From a virus: 56,094 nt of DNA. A program made the translations under genes and the position numbers. The notes beneath the pieces were generated by a model, which worked only from the letters and a program-made list of their open reading frames with translations, did no database searches and was not told where the DNA came from. The stretch lies in IMG/VR virus record IMGVR_UViG_3300034069_002176; one strand, 5' to 3'. The number at the start of each line of letters is the position of its first letter. Within the stretch, counting starts at the first letter, position 1. Positions 47,382 to 54,989 of the stretch are shown piece by piece.

Positions 47382-49652
47382 ATGTCTACACAGTCGGATG
47401 CCAACAAACAAGCGGTTGAAGCCGTAGCTCGGCTGTACCGTTATGGCATCTCCGAGACCGACCTGACCCATGTTGAAGTCAGTCGAATGACGACGTATTT
47501 ATTGTCGTTGTTCTTTGTTGAGAAGTCTCATCGTCAAGTTGATCTGAGCGCCATCTCGACCGCTCTGGACATTCATAATGTGTCCATGTTGAAGACATTG
47601 GGAAACCCACTCCTTACTTCCCTCACTGTCTCTCATGAACTGGAATCGCTCACTAACGAATGGTGGCTGATTATCGATGAATGCCGACTAGTGGAATGGA
47701 ACGAAGTCAGCCCGCTTGTCTTTGGCTCCGCATTCCAAGGTGTTCTTGAAATGGATAGCCAGGAAATCACCAAAGAACTGAGCCACGGAGGTGGTAAGCG
47801 TCGTGAGTTTGGAGCGCACTACACCAGCGAAGAAAACGTCTTGAAGCTCATTGGTCCTTTGTTCCTTGACGAACTCATCCAAGAGGCGGCATTGGCAGAA
47901 GTCGAGCCGTTCTTGAGGAAGCTGTCAAGTCTTACTTTTCTCGACCCGGCGCTTGGTTGTGCCTCTTTCCCCATTGTCATCTACAAGTCGCTTCGACGCA
48001 TTGAAATGGACGTTCTGCAAAAACGCGGGAATGCCGTTGGTTCCGACGATTACCGGGTCAGTCTTTCACAGTTGTATGGCATCGAAATCAATCCAGAGGC
48101 GGCGTTGGTTGCAGAGCTTGCGCTAGCTGTTACCGCGTTGCAGATGGATGCAGAATCCCACGAGCGTTTTGGTTCGGTCAGTCATGACCATTCCTCGGCG
48201 CACATCACTGTAGCCAATGCGTTACGTATCGATTGGGAGTCTGTCCTTCCAGCAGAGCACTGTCACTACGTTGTAGGAAACCCGCCGTTCCGGGGCGCAT
48301 TGAAGATGACGAAGGATCAGAAAGCCGACATGAAGGCGGTCGGCATCGAAGCGCCTATCAAGTCATGGGGCGCTCTCGATTTGGTTGCTGCCTGGTTCAT
48401 CAAAACCGCCGTATACATCAACGGTGCGCAGGTAATTCAGCCTCATATCGAGCTAGATGGTCTATTCGATTTGTGGGAAAGTTCCGTACCTGTAATAGAC
48501 ACAAATGCAACTATTACGGCTGATTTCGCTCCAATAGCCACAAAAGCAGCTTTTGTAGCCACGAACTCTGTTGCCCAAGGTTCGCATGTTCCTAACTTGT
48601 GGACGTGGATGTTCGAGCATGACATGGAAATCGGATTCGCGTACCCCTCCTTCAAATGGACCAATGACGCGGCAGGTCATGCATCGGTCACAGTGGTCAT
48701 CATTGGTTTTGGTGCCGAAGGAACTTTCGAATCGAAAACCATCTATAGCAATGACGAAGCGAAATCCGTCGATTTCATCAATGGTGGTCTGACGCCGTTG
48801 AACGTCAAGGCGGTAGAGCCGGTGCGAGGTCGTGTTCTAAGCCCCGGAATACCCAATGCGGAACTGGGCAACCTTCCTCGCGGAAAAGCGTTCGTGGTGC
48901 TGCCTGAGGACCGTGCTGATGCTATTCGGCGCAACCCTGAACTCGAACGATGGATACCCTCGTTTATCGGCGCTGATGAGTTGACGAAAAATGGCGAACA
49001 GTATTGCTTGTGGCTGGTTGACGCACCGCAGCGGATTCTTGACGATCCGTTTGTCGCAGGTAGAGTTCGAAGCGTCAAAGAACAACGTCTTGCTTCGACG
49101 AAGAAAGAAACACGGGATGCTGCTGAGACACCAGCCATCTTCGATGAAGTTCGGCAACCGATACAGGGTTACCTTGCTATTCCTACGTCCTCGTCGGCAA
49201 ATCGTAAATACATACCGATGAAGTTCCTCCCTAAAACAACCATCGCTAGCAATGCGTTGAAGACCATTTCGGGTGCAACACCGTATCACTTCGCGGTGCT
49301 GAGTTCATCGATGCACATGGCTTGGATGCGAAGTACATCAGCGCGGCTTGGTGGAGGGAATGATTACAGCTATTCGGTAGCGAGTAGTTACAACACGTTC
49401 CCGTGGGTTGAAGCAGAACTATCAATGCTGGAAGAAATCACCGTTCACGGTCGTGATGTTCTTGGCGTGAGAAACGAGTACGTCGATATCCCACTAGGCA
49501 AGCTATACACGAACATGCCAGAGCCACTAGCGCTCTCACACGATCTTCTCAACGCTGCTGTGGACCGAGCATATGGATATGAAGGGGCGGATACTGACGA
49601 AGCTCGTTTCGAGTTCCTTTACCGTCTTTACGAGCGTCTTCTGGATCGCTGA
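47382..49652 (+). CDS. MmeI-like (type IIL) N6-adenine DNA methyltransferase lacking the N-terminal endonuclease
   Basis: RREFGAHYTSEENVLKLIGPLF, FLDPALGCASF, YGIEIN, GNPPF, AFVATNS..QG and P.SSSANRKYIP motifs. The N-terminus is too short for a PD-(D/E)xK domain. Confidence 0.85.
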   Translation: MSTQSDANKQAVEAVARLYRYGISETDLTHVEVSRMTTYLLSLFFVEKSHRQVDLSAISTALDIHNVSMLKTLGNPLLTSLTVSHELESLTNEWWLIIDECRLVEWNEVSPLVFGSAFQGVLEMDSQEITKELSHGGGKRREFGAHYTSEENVLKLIGPLFLDELIQEAALAEVEPFLRKLSSLTFLDPALGCASFPIVIYKSLRRIEMDVLQKRGNAVGSDDYRVSLSQLYGIEINPEAALVAELALAVTALQMDAESHERFGSVSHDHSSAHITVANALRIDWESVLPAEHCHYVVGNPPFRGALKMTKDQKADMKAVGIEAPIKSWGALDLVAAWFIKTAVYINGAQVIQPHIELDGLFDLWESSVPVIDTNATITADFAPIATKAAFVATNSVAQGSHVPNLWTWMFEHDMEIGFAYPSFKWTNDAAGHASVTVVIIGFGAEGTFESKTIYSNDEAKSVDFINGGLTPLNVKAVEPVRGRVLSPGIPNAELGNLPRGKAFVVLPEDRADAIRRNPELERWIPSFIGADELTKNGEQYCLWLVDAPQRILDDPFVAGRVRSVKEQRLASTKKETRDAAETPAIFDEVRQPIQGYLAIPTSSSANRKYIPMKFLPKTTIASNALKTISGATPYHFAVLSSSMHMAWMRSTSARLGGGNDYSYSVASSYNTFPWVEAELSMLEEITVHGRDVLGVRNEYVDIPLGKLYTNMPEPLALSHDLLNAAVDRAYGYEGADTDEARFEFLYRLYERLLDR

Positions 49653-49703
49653 AACCCCCAGTTAGGGGCTGAGCATTGACTTTTGCACCATATTGTGTAA
49701 TCA

Positions 49704-49780
49704 AAGGGGATCGAAAAGCTTATGATTCTTTTGTTAGCTACCCTGCTCACAGTGGTTCGATACCTACCCTGCTCCCCTCG
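49704..49780 (+). ncRNA. Candidate small RNA
   Basis: TTGACT at 49676; AGGGGA/TCCCCT ends; T-loop-like GGTTCGATACC; 11-nt repeat CTACCCTGCTC twice; followed by a terminator; no ORF. Confidence 0.35.
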
Positions 49781-49793
49781 AACTACTTAACGA

Positions 49794-49825
49794 CAAAGAC
49801 CCCGAGTTGCTGCTCGGGGTCTTTG
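49794..49825. terminator. Bidirectional intrinsic terminator
   Basis: CAAAGACCCCGAG/CTCGGGGTCTTTG. Confidence 0.85.
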
Positions 49826-49836
49826 CTGTAGGGGGC

Positions 49837-50220
49837 TTACTGCCGAAGCGCAAGGATGCTTCCAATGGCATCCCTGGCTCGTTGCATATCTGCTTCATTC
49901 AATTCTTGTGTTGCAATGAGTGTCTGTAACACTCGGGTTGAAGGGCTGACTCGAATGAGTAGCTCCGCAAGATCTTGTGGGAGATCCTCATTGGAAGCCA
50001 GCGCCATTTGAACAAGTTCATCAGCGCCATTCGGGTGATAAGCAATTGCTCTGAGAACTTCTGCCTTGTGGTTGTACCATGCCGGGTTCTGAGCTTCTTC
50101 CGCTAATGCGTCTACTCCCCAATGCTGGATGATTTGAGCCGGGGTGATTCGGTCAAATCTGTCGGTGTCAAGATATTCGTACTCCGTCTTGACTGGTGTT
50201 AGTTCTGGTGCAATTGTCAT
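49837..50220 (-). CDS. Hypothetical helical-repeat protein
   Basis: AAGGAGG RBS; TATAAT upstream; IAYHPN...LASNEDLP (LRV-like). Confidence 0.7.
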   Translation of the reverse strand: MTIAPELTPVKTEYEYLDTDRFDRITPAQIIQHWGVDALAEEAQNPAWYNHKAEVLRAIAYHPNGADELVQMALASNEDLPQDLAELLIRVSPSTRVLQTLIATQELNEADMQRARDAIGSILALRQ

Positions 50221-50361
50221 TTTTGCCCCTCCTTTGTAACCATTATAGGGGGCAAAGGGGTAATTTAGGTCGTATTTTTATTCTTTCAGGTGATTATCAG
50301 AAACTGGGTTACAGCATAATGACACTTGACTCCGTTACGAAGGGCGTGTACATTTGGATGT

Positions 50362-50724
50362 ATGAAGACACTTCTGATTGATGATGAGCGAAACTTCCTC
50401 GATGGTCGTGAGTCGGTCGTGCTCAGAAGTTCTCAGGACGCCATCGATCATTTCACTGCCGAAGATGGCTCGATTAGCGACGTTCACTACGATGAGGTGT
50501 GGCTCGACTTCAGCCTGCTTCGCAGTGACAGCATCATGGATTTCCTGTTCTTCGCCAAGAAGGCGGCAAACGCAGGAACTCCCCTCAGTGTCGATGAGTT
50601 CGTCATCCATACGAGTTCGTGGAGTGGGGCGAGCCTTATCGCCACGGTACTGGATGAGTCGGGATACAAACACCGTCGTTTCGATCCCTCATACCAAGTA
50701 CCCACCAAAATCATCGGAAAGTGA
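50362..50724 (+). CDS. Cyclic-phosphate-processing receiver-like domain protein
   Basis: LLIDDER, RS..DAI, VWLDFSL (cf. SLDHDL) and IHTS..SG motifs; TTGACT-N17-TACATT leaderless start. Confidence 0.7.
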   Translation: MKTLLIDDERNFLDGRESVVLRSSQDAIDHFTAEDGSISDVHYDEVWLDFSLLRSDSIMDFLFFAKKAANAGTPLSVDEFVIHTSSWSGASLIATVLDESGYKHRRFDPSYQVPTKIIGK

Positions 50725-50840
50725 CTAGCTCGACCACAATCGCTGTGGTACGATGCCAAAGTCAGTCAGTTTAATATCGTTCGTCGCTCAGTGTGAGTGA
50801 CTGGAAGTGTCATGCGCTTCCGCAATCGAAAGAGGTCAGC

Positions 50841-53126
50841 ATGAGTATCAACAAGGATATCTTGTTCCGTCGTCGCGGCGCTATCGTCGCACCCGTCCGC
50901 GAGGTTTTGTCTGCGAAGGCAGCCAAGGTCATCACCGAAGCCGACGCGCCTTATCTGGTCGTTACGGCTTCTCAGAACCTCAGTGCGCTCGGATACCGTT
51001 TCTCGGAGGACTTGTTCAAGTCTGCTCTGAACTCCAAGCTCAGCAATGATGAACTCGCTGCGTACCTGAGCGAGACGATTCAGTTCATCCGTAAGGCTAT
51101 TGGCGCTCAGCGCAAGTACAAGCCTGCCTACCCGAACTTCCCGACCCAGGTCATCGAGGCTAGCGAGTTCGAGTTGTACTTCAATGCCGTCCTGCACTAC
51201 TGGGGTATGGATTACCCGGACTACAAGATAAAGAATCGCAAGCCTTTGGACGAGGCAGCATTCAACGATCTTACCGAGCTTCGTGTCATCGGTGTTACCA
51301 AGCGCGGTCTGTCCTACAAGGCGGCTGTCTCTGAGTTCAACACCATCTTCACGAGCCTTCTGTCGATGCAGTCATCGTGGGGTGAGTCGGAGATCGCTGA
51401 TGCAGGATGGTTCGTCAACGCCCTCTCTGCTTCCGACTTTGACAAGCTGGTTCCTGATTCCATTCCGAACAAGGAAAACCTTGCCGCGCTCATCACTTCG
51501 GTGAAGTCTGCTGGAAAGACCGAACTGTTCGAGATCCTGCTGTCGCGTCTTGCGACTGCCACGGATGTTCTCCGTGTCGCCGTTGGTCTTTCCGATGGCG
51601 ATGCTGCACTGTCCGGTGTGGGTGTCGAGAAGACCCGTTTTGTCAGCCAGCCTAAGTCGGTTCGTCGTCTGCTGGTACACCGTCTGGAGACCATCTCTGG
51701 TGGTGACTCGGATCGGCTAATCGAGGACATGCTTCGTAACCGTGCGTTGTGGAAGCTGCTTGCTCACTCGTTGCACGTTGGTGACTTCGCTAAGTCGGCA
51801 CCGACCGTCCTGAGCGCTGTTTCGGTTGTTCGCGCCAATGGCAAGAACAAGGATGGTTCGCACTACGAGACTTTCGGTACTAAGGTAGAGGCGCTTATTT
51901 CTGCCGCCGAGAAGACCGTATCGGCTAACAAGCGCACCAAGGCGGCTGCGGCGAATGTCGCTACCGTTAATGAGTTGGTAGCGCTGTTGAAGACTCGTCC
52001 TGGTGTATTCGCGCGCCGTTTGGACAAGGTTCTTCGTTCGTCCATCGACAAGAACATTGTTCTGGACGCATTCGATATCGTCGCACCTTCGGTAGCTACT
52101 CCTGTTCTGTGGCAGCTTATGAACTTCTACTCCAACCGTGCATTCGTTGCCGGTAAGTCTCCGAAGATGAGCCGTACCTTCATCCCGAAGGGTCGCGCTT
52201 CGAAGATGATGGAGGCGAAGAATGTTCTTCCCGAGTTGGACTCTGTTCTGGTCGAGGGAATCGTTGAGCGTATCGGTTCGGCGCTGTCTGCCGTCTATCG
52301 CAAGCGTGACGCCATCGGTAAGGTCTTTGTTGCCGATGAATTGAAGACCTACACCGTGCCTTTCGGTGCTCGTTCGGCTTCCAAGGCGTTGAACCCTGTT
52401 GGTCGTGGTACTCGTGCTTACATCGACGATTCCGCCGATATCATTCGGTTCTTCGTCTGGTGGACCGATGGCGCTTCCCGTACCGATCTCGACTTGTCGG
52501 CTGTTTTCCTCGATGAGGACTTCAAGGTGTCTGGTCAGATCGCGTACTACAACCTTAAGGGCGATGGTGCTGTTCACTCCGGTGACATCACTTCCGCTCC
52601 GAACGGTGCATCTGAGTTCATCGACGTGAACCGCAAGAAGTTGCTGGCTCAGGGTCGTCGTTACATCGGTATGGTCGTCACGTCCTACACCGGTCAGAGC
52701 TTCGATACGCTACCCGAGGTCTTCGCTGGTGTCATGGAGCGTCAGGGTAAGGGTAAGAAGGGTGAGGTTTACGAGCCTCGCACCGTTCACAACGCCTTCG
52801 ACATCACCGCTCCGGGCAAGATCGCCATGCCCCTGATCATCGATTTAGAGAACAACTCATTCATTTGGGCTGACCTCGCTATCAACTCGCAGGACATGTA
52901 CGCGGTCAACGTCGCCAACAACGAAGGCGCGCTCAGCCGTTCCATCCGTGGTCTGGTCGAGTCGAACTTCGTTTCACTGCACGATGTATTCACTGCCAAT
53001 GCCGCTCGCGGTGAGTTGGTAGCAAACCGTGACGATGCTGATGTTGTTATCGACATCAGCCGTGGTCGTGTCATGGTCAACGGAGAGGTTATCGGAACCG
53101 ACCGTATCCTTTCCGAGTGGATCTAA
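50841..53126 (+). CDS. ROT/TROVE-like helical-repeat protein with a C-terminal TerD domain (Prok-RING_4-type architecture without the RING)
   Basis: P.YPNFP.QV, IPNKEN, TATDVLR.A..LSDGD, RPGVFARRLD, P.GRG, RTDLDLSA and HSGDITSAPNGASEFID (TerD) motifs; GAGG RBS. Confidence 0.8.
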   Translation: MSINKDILFRRRGAIVAPVREVLSAKAAKVITEADAPYLVVTASQNLSALGYRFSEDLFKSALNSKLSNDELAAYLSETIQFIRKAIGAQRKYKPAYPNFPTQVIEASEFELYFNAVLHYWGMDYPDYKIKNRKPLDEAAFNDLTELRVIGVTKRGLSYKAAVSEFNTIFTSLLSMQSSWGESEIADAGWFVNALSASDFDKLVPDSIPNKENLAALITSVKSAGKTELFEILLSRLATATDVLRVAVGLSDGDAALSGVGVEKTRFVSQPKSVRRLLVHRLETISGGDSDRLIEDMLRNRALWKLLAHSLHVGDFAKSAPTVLSAVSVVRANGKNKDGSHYETFGTKVEALISAAEKTVSANKRTKAAAANVATVNELVALLKTRPGVFARRLDKVLRSSIDKNIVLDAFDIVAPSVATPVLWQLMNFYSNRAFVAGKSPKMSRTFIPKGRASKMMEAKNVLPELDSVLVEGIVERIGSALSAVYRKRDAIGKVFVADELKTYTVPFGARSASKALNPVGRGTRAYIDDSADIIRFFVWWTDGASRTDLDLSAVFLDEDFKVSGQIAYYNLKGDGAVHSGDITSAPNGASEFIDVNRKKLLAQGRRYIGMVVTSYTGQSFDTLPEVFAGVMERQGKGKKGEVYEPRTVHNAFDITAPGKIAMPLIIDLENNSFIWADLAINSQDMYAVNVANNEGALSRSIRGLVESNFVSLHDVFTANAARGELVANRDDADVVIDISRGRVMVNGEVIGTDRILSEWI

Positions 53127-53137
53127 CCGGTCCATCT

Positions 53138-53173
53138 AAATAGGGTGTATAGCTCCGGCTATACACCCTATTT
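53138..53173. terminator. Perfect 16-bp inverted repeat, bidirectional terminator
   Basis: AAATAGGGTGTATAGC-TCCG-GCTATACACCCTATTT. Confidence 0.85.
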
Positions 53174-53177
53174 GCGT

Positions 53178-53660
53178 TTAGTCGTCAGCCAGTCTCAGCA
53201 TGGTCTCGGATACGGCATAGTCTTTATTTCGACCCGAGTTGGCAACGAATCCAAATCTTTGGTAGAACTTCACGAGTCGAGCCTTACTACTGCCGAAATC
53301 TGCCGAGGGACTGAGGGCGATATTCCAACCGTTCGAATCCGCTTCGTCAATTATTTCCTGCATTACTTTCGTGGCAATACCCTGACCACGCATACTCTCG
53401 GGTATCGATATCAACGATAAGGTGGCGAAGTCACTGAAGCTGCTACCACTGAGATGCAATGTGATTCCCGGATAGCGCTCTTTGACTTCCGCTGCGAAAT
53501 TAGAGGCTTCTTCGATGGAGCGCTCTGTGCGGACCGCTGAGGCTGCGGAGACTATTGGCGGGGCAGCGCGACCATATGAAGAAGCTGGCGCGTCTGAGCG
53601 CTTATGACGGTGTGAGGCGATGCCGTTTTTGTCCACTATCGCTGTGCGTACAGTAGTCAT
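53178..53660 (-). CDS. DKNG-tag protein carrying a GNAT acetyltransferase domain
   Basis: Starts MTTVRTAIVDKNGIASHRHKR; IPESMRGQGIAT, RLVKFYQRFGFV. Confidence 0.85.
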   Translation of the reverse strand: MTTVRTAIVDKNGIASHRHKRSDAPASSYGRAAPPIVSAASAVRTERSIEEASNFAAEVKERYPGITLHLSGSSFSDFATLSLISIPESMRGQGIATKVMQEIIDEADSNGWNIALSPSADFGSSKARLVKFYQRFGFVANSGRNKDYAVSETMLRLADD

Positions 53661-53684
53661 AACCCCTCCTTGCTAGTTAGTCTC

Positions 53685-53707
53685 ATAGTAACCGTACCCG
53701 GCGACGA
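53685..53707 (-). promoter_or_regulatory. Non-canonical promoter TCGTCG-N11-TACTAT
   Basis: Same spacing as the other DKNGK-gene promoters. Confidence 0.6.
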
Positions 53708-53759
53708 AAATTATTTTCGAATTGGGTGGACTTTTGAACAGCTTCATGCTACGCTCTAC

Positions 53760-53833
53760 TTGTAGGGCTTTTAGGGAGCTTCCTTCTTAACTTTTATTGG
53801 AAAAATCACTTGCTTCCTTGCTTTCCCTCACAA
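53760..53833 (+). ncRNA. Candidate Y-RNA-like small RNA
   Basis: Own promoter TGGACT(53727)-N17-TACGCT(53750). Bulged terminal stem TTGTAGGG/CCCTCACAA, inner stem AGGGAGC/GCTTCCT, pyrimidine-rich loop. Own terminator; no ORF. Confidence 0.6.
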
Positions 53834-53839
53834 ACTTCT

Positions 53840-53873
53840 AACCGCCATTCATCTCGACTGGCGGTTTTGTTTT
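53840..53873 (+). terminator. Intrinsic terminator
   Basis: AACCGCCA/TGGCGGTT followed by TTGTTTT. Confidence 0.75.
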
Positions 53874-53926
53874 GCCTTGATACTCGGTCTGTTGACGACG
53901 GCGACTAATCGATGTACGGTTGGTGC

Positions 53927-54379
53927 ATGGGAAAACTAATCGAACGTTCGGGCGATCTATTCGACACAGAATCTAACATCCTTGGTCACGGTGTTAACAT
54001 CGAAGGATTGATGGGTGCCGGAATCGCCAAAGAATTCTCATCGCGATTCCCAGTGATGTATGACGAGTACAAGGACATCTGCAAACATGGTGAGCTTGTT
54101 GCCGGTGAAACCTGGCTGTGGGAGGATGAGGCAAGTGATTTCATCGTCTTGAACATCGCTTCTCAGGACAAGCCGGGTAAACACGCCCGCTTGGACTGGC
54201 TGGAATCGGGACTCGAAGATGCATTGGAGCAACTTGCTCGTGCGTTTGATGATGTCGAAGTCATTGCACTTCCTCGTATCGGTTGTGGTATTGGTGGTCT
54301 TGATTGGGAAGACGTTCGACCCGTCCTCGTTGCGGCTGCCGAGAAGTTCAATGTCGATATCGAATTGTGGACCTACTGA
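53927..54379 (+). CDS. Macro domain protein (ADP-ribose processing, TARG1/DarG-like)
   Basis: GDLF, HGVNIEGLMGAGIA, and ALPRIGCGIGGLDWEDV; TTGACG-N17-TACGGT leaderless start. Confidence 0.92.
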   Translation: MGKLIERSGDLFDTESNILGHGVNIEGLMGAGIAKEFSSRFPVMYDEYKDICKHGELVAGETWLWEDEASDFIVLNIASQDKPGKHARLDWLESGLEDALEQLARAFDDVEVIALPRIGCGIGGLDWEDVRPVLVAAAEKFNVDIELWTY

Positions 54380-54382
54380 GTT

Positions 54383-54955
54383 CTACAGGTTGCCTAGTTG
54401 ACGATTCATCAAAGAAAGCTCGATCTTAGGAAGCCAGCTAGCCAAGCGGTCGCTTGCTTCCTTGTACGTTGGTTCTAATGGCAAGTCACCCACAAGGTCA
54501 GTGAGTCCTACGTACTCTCGGAATGATTCAACGGCGGCTTCATTGATGGATGCAAGTAAGACGTAGAAAGAGCGTCTGTCGATACCCTCTTGGTCGATGT
54601 TCACTGCCGGTGGGTTGTAATCCCCTTCAAGAAGTGGAACGATACTGCCCATGACGATTGTCGTTGTTGCCGTCACAATGTCTTGTGGGTCAGCGCCGCT
54701 GAATGCTGATGCCTTGACAGAGTTCTCGGAGAGCTTCTGAGCAAAAGAGTCGAACGCTTCATCACGAATATCGAAAGCTCTATTAGAGATGCGACCACCG
54801 GGGAAGGTGTGGAGCAGCATGTACACCAATTGGAAACTTGAAGGCACAATGATGCCGACATCCACCGTGTCATAAATAAGGTCGAATAGCTCGACATCAC
54901 CATCGTGATAAGCGGACGAGAGCATGACTGCGGCACCATAAGTAGAAGACGACAT
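54383..54955 (-). CDS. Hypothetical protein
   Basis: Leaderless start after AAATCG-N11-TAGACT. Confidence 0.7.
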   Translation of the reverse strand: MSSSTYGAAVMLSSAYHDGDVELFDLIYDTVDVGIIVPSSFQLVYMLLHTFPGGRISNRAFDIRDEAFDSFAQKLSENSVKASAFSGADPQDIVTATTTIVMGSIVPLLEGDYNPPAVNIDQEGIDRRSFYVLLASINEAAVESFREYVGLTDLVGDLPLEPTYKEASDRLASWLPKIELSLMNRQLGNL

Positions 54956-54989
54956 GGGTGGAGTCTAACCTACCGATGCGATTTGGTTG

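Noticed and set aside
49705-49778. tRNA or tmRNA gene
   Set aside because: Only a T-loop-like GGTTCGATACC and short terminal pairing are present. There is no D arm, anticodon arm or CCA, and it is far too short for tmRNA. Kept only as a generic sRNA candidate.
50222-50256. Inverted repeat TTTGCCCC/GGGGCAAA over the RBS and -10 of the 50220 gene as an RNA switch
   Set aside because: One arm lies upstream of the TATAAT box and would not be transcribed. It could be an operator, but nothing else supports that.
51717-52577. Long antisense ORFs (also 2350-3042, 34266-34913, 45043-45618 and similar)
   Set aside because: They shadow well-supported genes on the opposite strand, lack RBS or motifs, and are expected from codon bias.
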